A stretch of 64,000 nucleotides of DNA, from contig CM059443.1 in assembly GCA_030390025.1 (NCBI GenBank), forward strand, positions 63,798,001-63,862,000, in the 5' to 3' direction. The DNA comes from Squalus acanthias. Its lineage: Eukaryota. Positions 63,190 through 64,000 of this stretch are shown here, one piece after another. The translations under genes and the position numbers were made by a program. The notes under the pieces are model-generated. The model was given only the letters and a program-made list of their open reading frames with translations. It had not been told where the DNA came from and did not search any database. Position 1 is the first letter of the stretch; every line of letters starts with the position of its first letter.

Positions 63190-64000
63190 ATTTGTAAAAG
63201 TCAAGCAAAAGCATCCCAGCAGCTGTATTACCACAGTCTGGCTGTAAGACAAAGCCTAGCCGTGCACTTCAACATCCAACAGGACTGCGGGCACTTCCTA
63301 GCCGAGGTCCCAGTCCGCATGCTTCCCTGGGAGGATCCCAACGCCCCAGTATTAGAAGAGGAGGAAGAGGAAGAGAGCTCAGATGTTCCTAATGCCATAA
63401 AAAAGAACAACTCCAATACCAAGGGAACTTCCAGCAAACACCGAAGTCGTGTGGTGGTCATCACTCGAGAGGTTCCGTACCAGACCGTTGCCGACTTCGT
63501 GCGTGAATCGGCACCTCGGCACACGAAAAACCCAGATATCTACGAGCGGCAGGTGTGCTTACTGCTGCTCCAACTCTGCGCCGGTCTCAATCACTTAAAG
63601 CCACACCACGTTACACACTGCGACTTGAGGTTGGAGAATCTGCTCTTGGTGCGATGTCGGCACGGAACCCCCGGAGACTGTGAATTGGAAAACACGAACC
63701 CAGCCACGCAGCTGGCACGACTGATCGTCAGTAACTTCTCCCAGGCTAAGCAGAAAAGTCAGGTGGTCGATCTAGAGGTCCTGAGGGATCAGTCCAGACT
63801 GGCACCTGAGATCATCACCATTACCCAGTACAAAAAGTGCGATGAGTTTCAAACGGGAATACTCATTTACGAGATGTTGCACCTACCCAATCCATTTGAA
63901 GAAAACCCAGAACTGAAAGAGAAGGAGTACACCCGAATCGACCTTCCAGCCATCCCTAAGCGCTCCGTCTACTCCCAGGGGCTTCAGCAGCTGGCGGGTC
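63190..64000 (+). CDS. PEAK1: PEAK1 last coding exon (pseudokinase domain), running off the window end
   Basis: Acceptor cttttccAG at 63188-63189. Manual translation from 63190 gives ICKSQAK..YYHSLAVRQSLAVHFNIQQDCGHFLAEVP..VVVITREVP..HCDLRLENLLLV..LIVSNFSQAKQK..RLAPEIIT..KKCDEFQTGILIYEMLHLPNPF. NFS replaces DFG. Absent from the ORF track because there is no stop in the window. Confidence 0.96.
   Translation, partial: MCKSQAKASQQLYYHSLAVRQSLAVHFNIQQDCGHFLAEVPVRMLPWEDPNAPVLEEEEEEESSDVPNAIKKNNSNTKGTSSKHRSRVVVITREVPYQTVADFVRESAPRHTKNPDIYERQVCLLLLQLCAGLNHLKPHHVTHCDLRLENLLLVRCRHGTPGDCELENTNPATQLARLIVSNFSQAKQKSQVVDLEVLRDQSRLAPEIITITQYKKCDEFQTGILIYEMLHLPNPFEENPELKEKEYTRIDLPAIPKRSVYSQGLQQLAG

Noticed and set aside
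1-64000. CRISPR arrays, tRNA/rRNA genes or prokaryotic systems
   Set aside because: None seen; tRNA-like A/B boxes occur only as SINE heads.

Overview
Vertebrate genomic DNA, most likely from a cartilaginous fish (inferred from the CR1, L2, Deu-SINE and Penelope repeat complement). The window covers most of a + strand PEAK1 (SgK269) pseudokinase gene, with coding exons at 24966-28181, 39981-40174, 49094-49874 and 63190->64000. Two single-base frame disruptions (~28160 and ~49431) interrupt the gene, probably consensus errors. The introns are full of 5'-truncated CR1 and L2 LINE fragments and SINEs, and there is a 1.5-kb GT/G-run satellite. The most notable signal is a set of five palindromic Penelope-like (PLE) insertions from two families, each flanked by an 11-14 bp target-site duplication (TSD). 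One is a young 3.3-kb RT + GIY-YIG element folded into a ~1.34-kb near-perfect inverted repeat; four are 160-220 bp mini-palindromes. Four intact minimal hammerhead ribozyme motifs can be read in them. All four mini-elements have their inversion junction in or next to the ribozyme core. Repeat family names come from recognition by eye and their boundaries are approximate.
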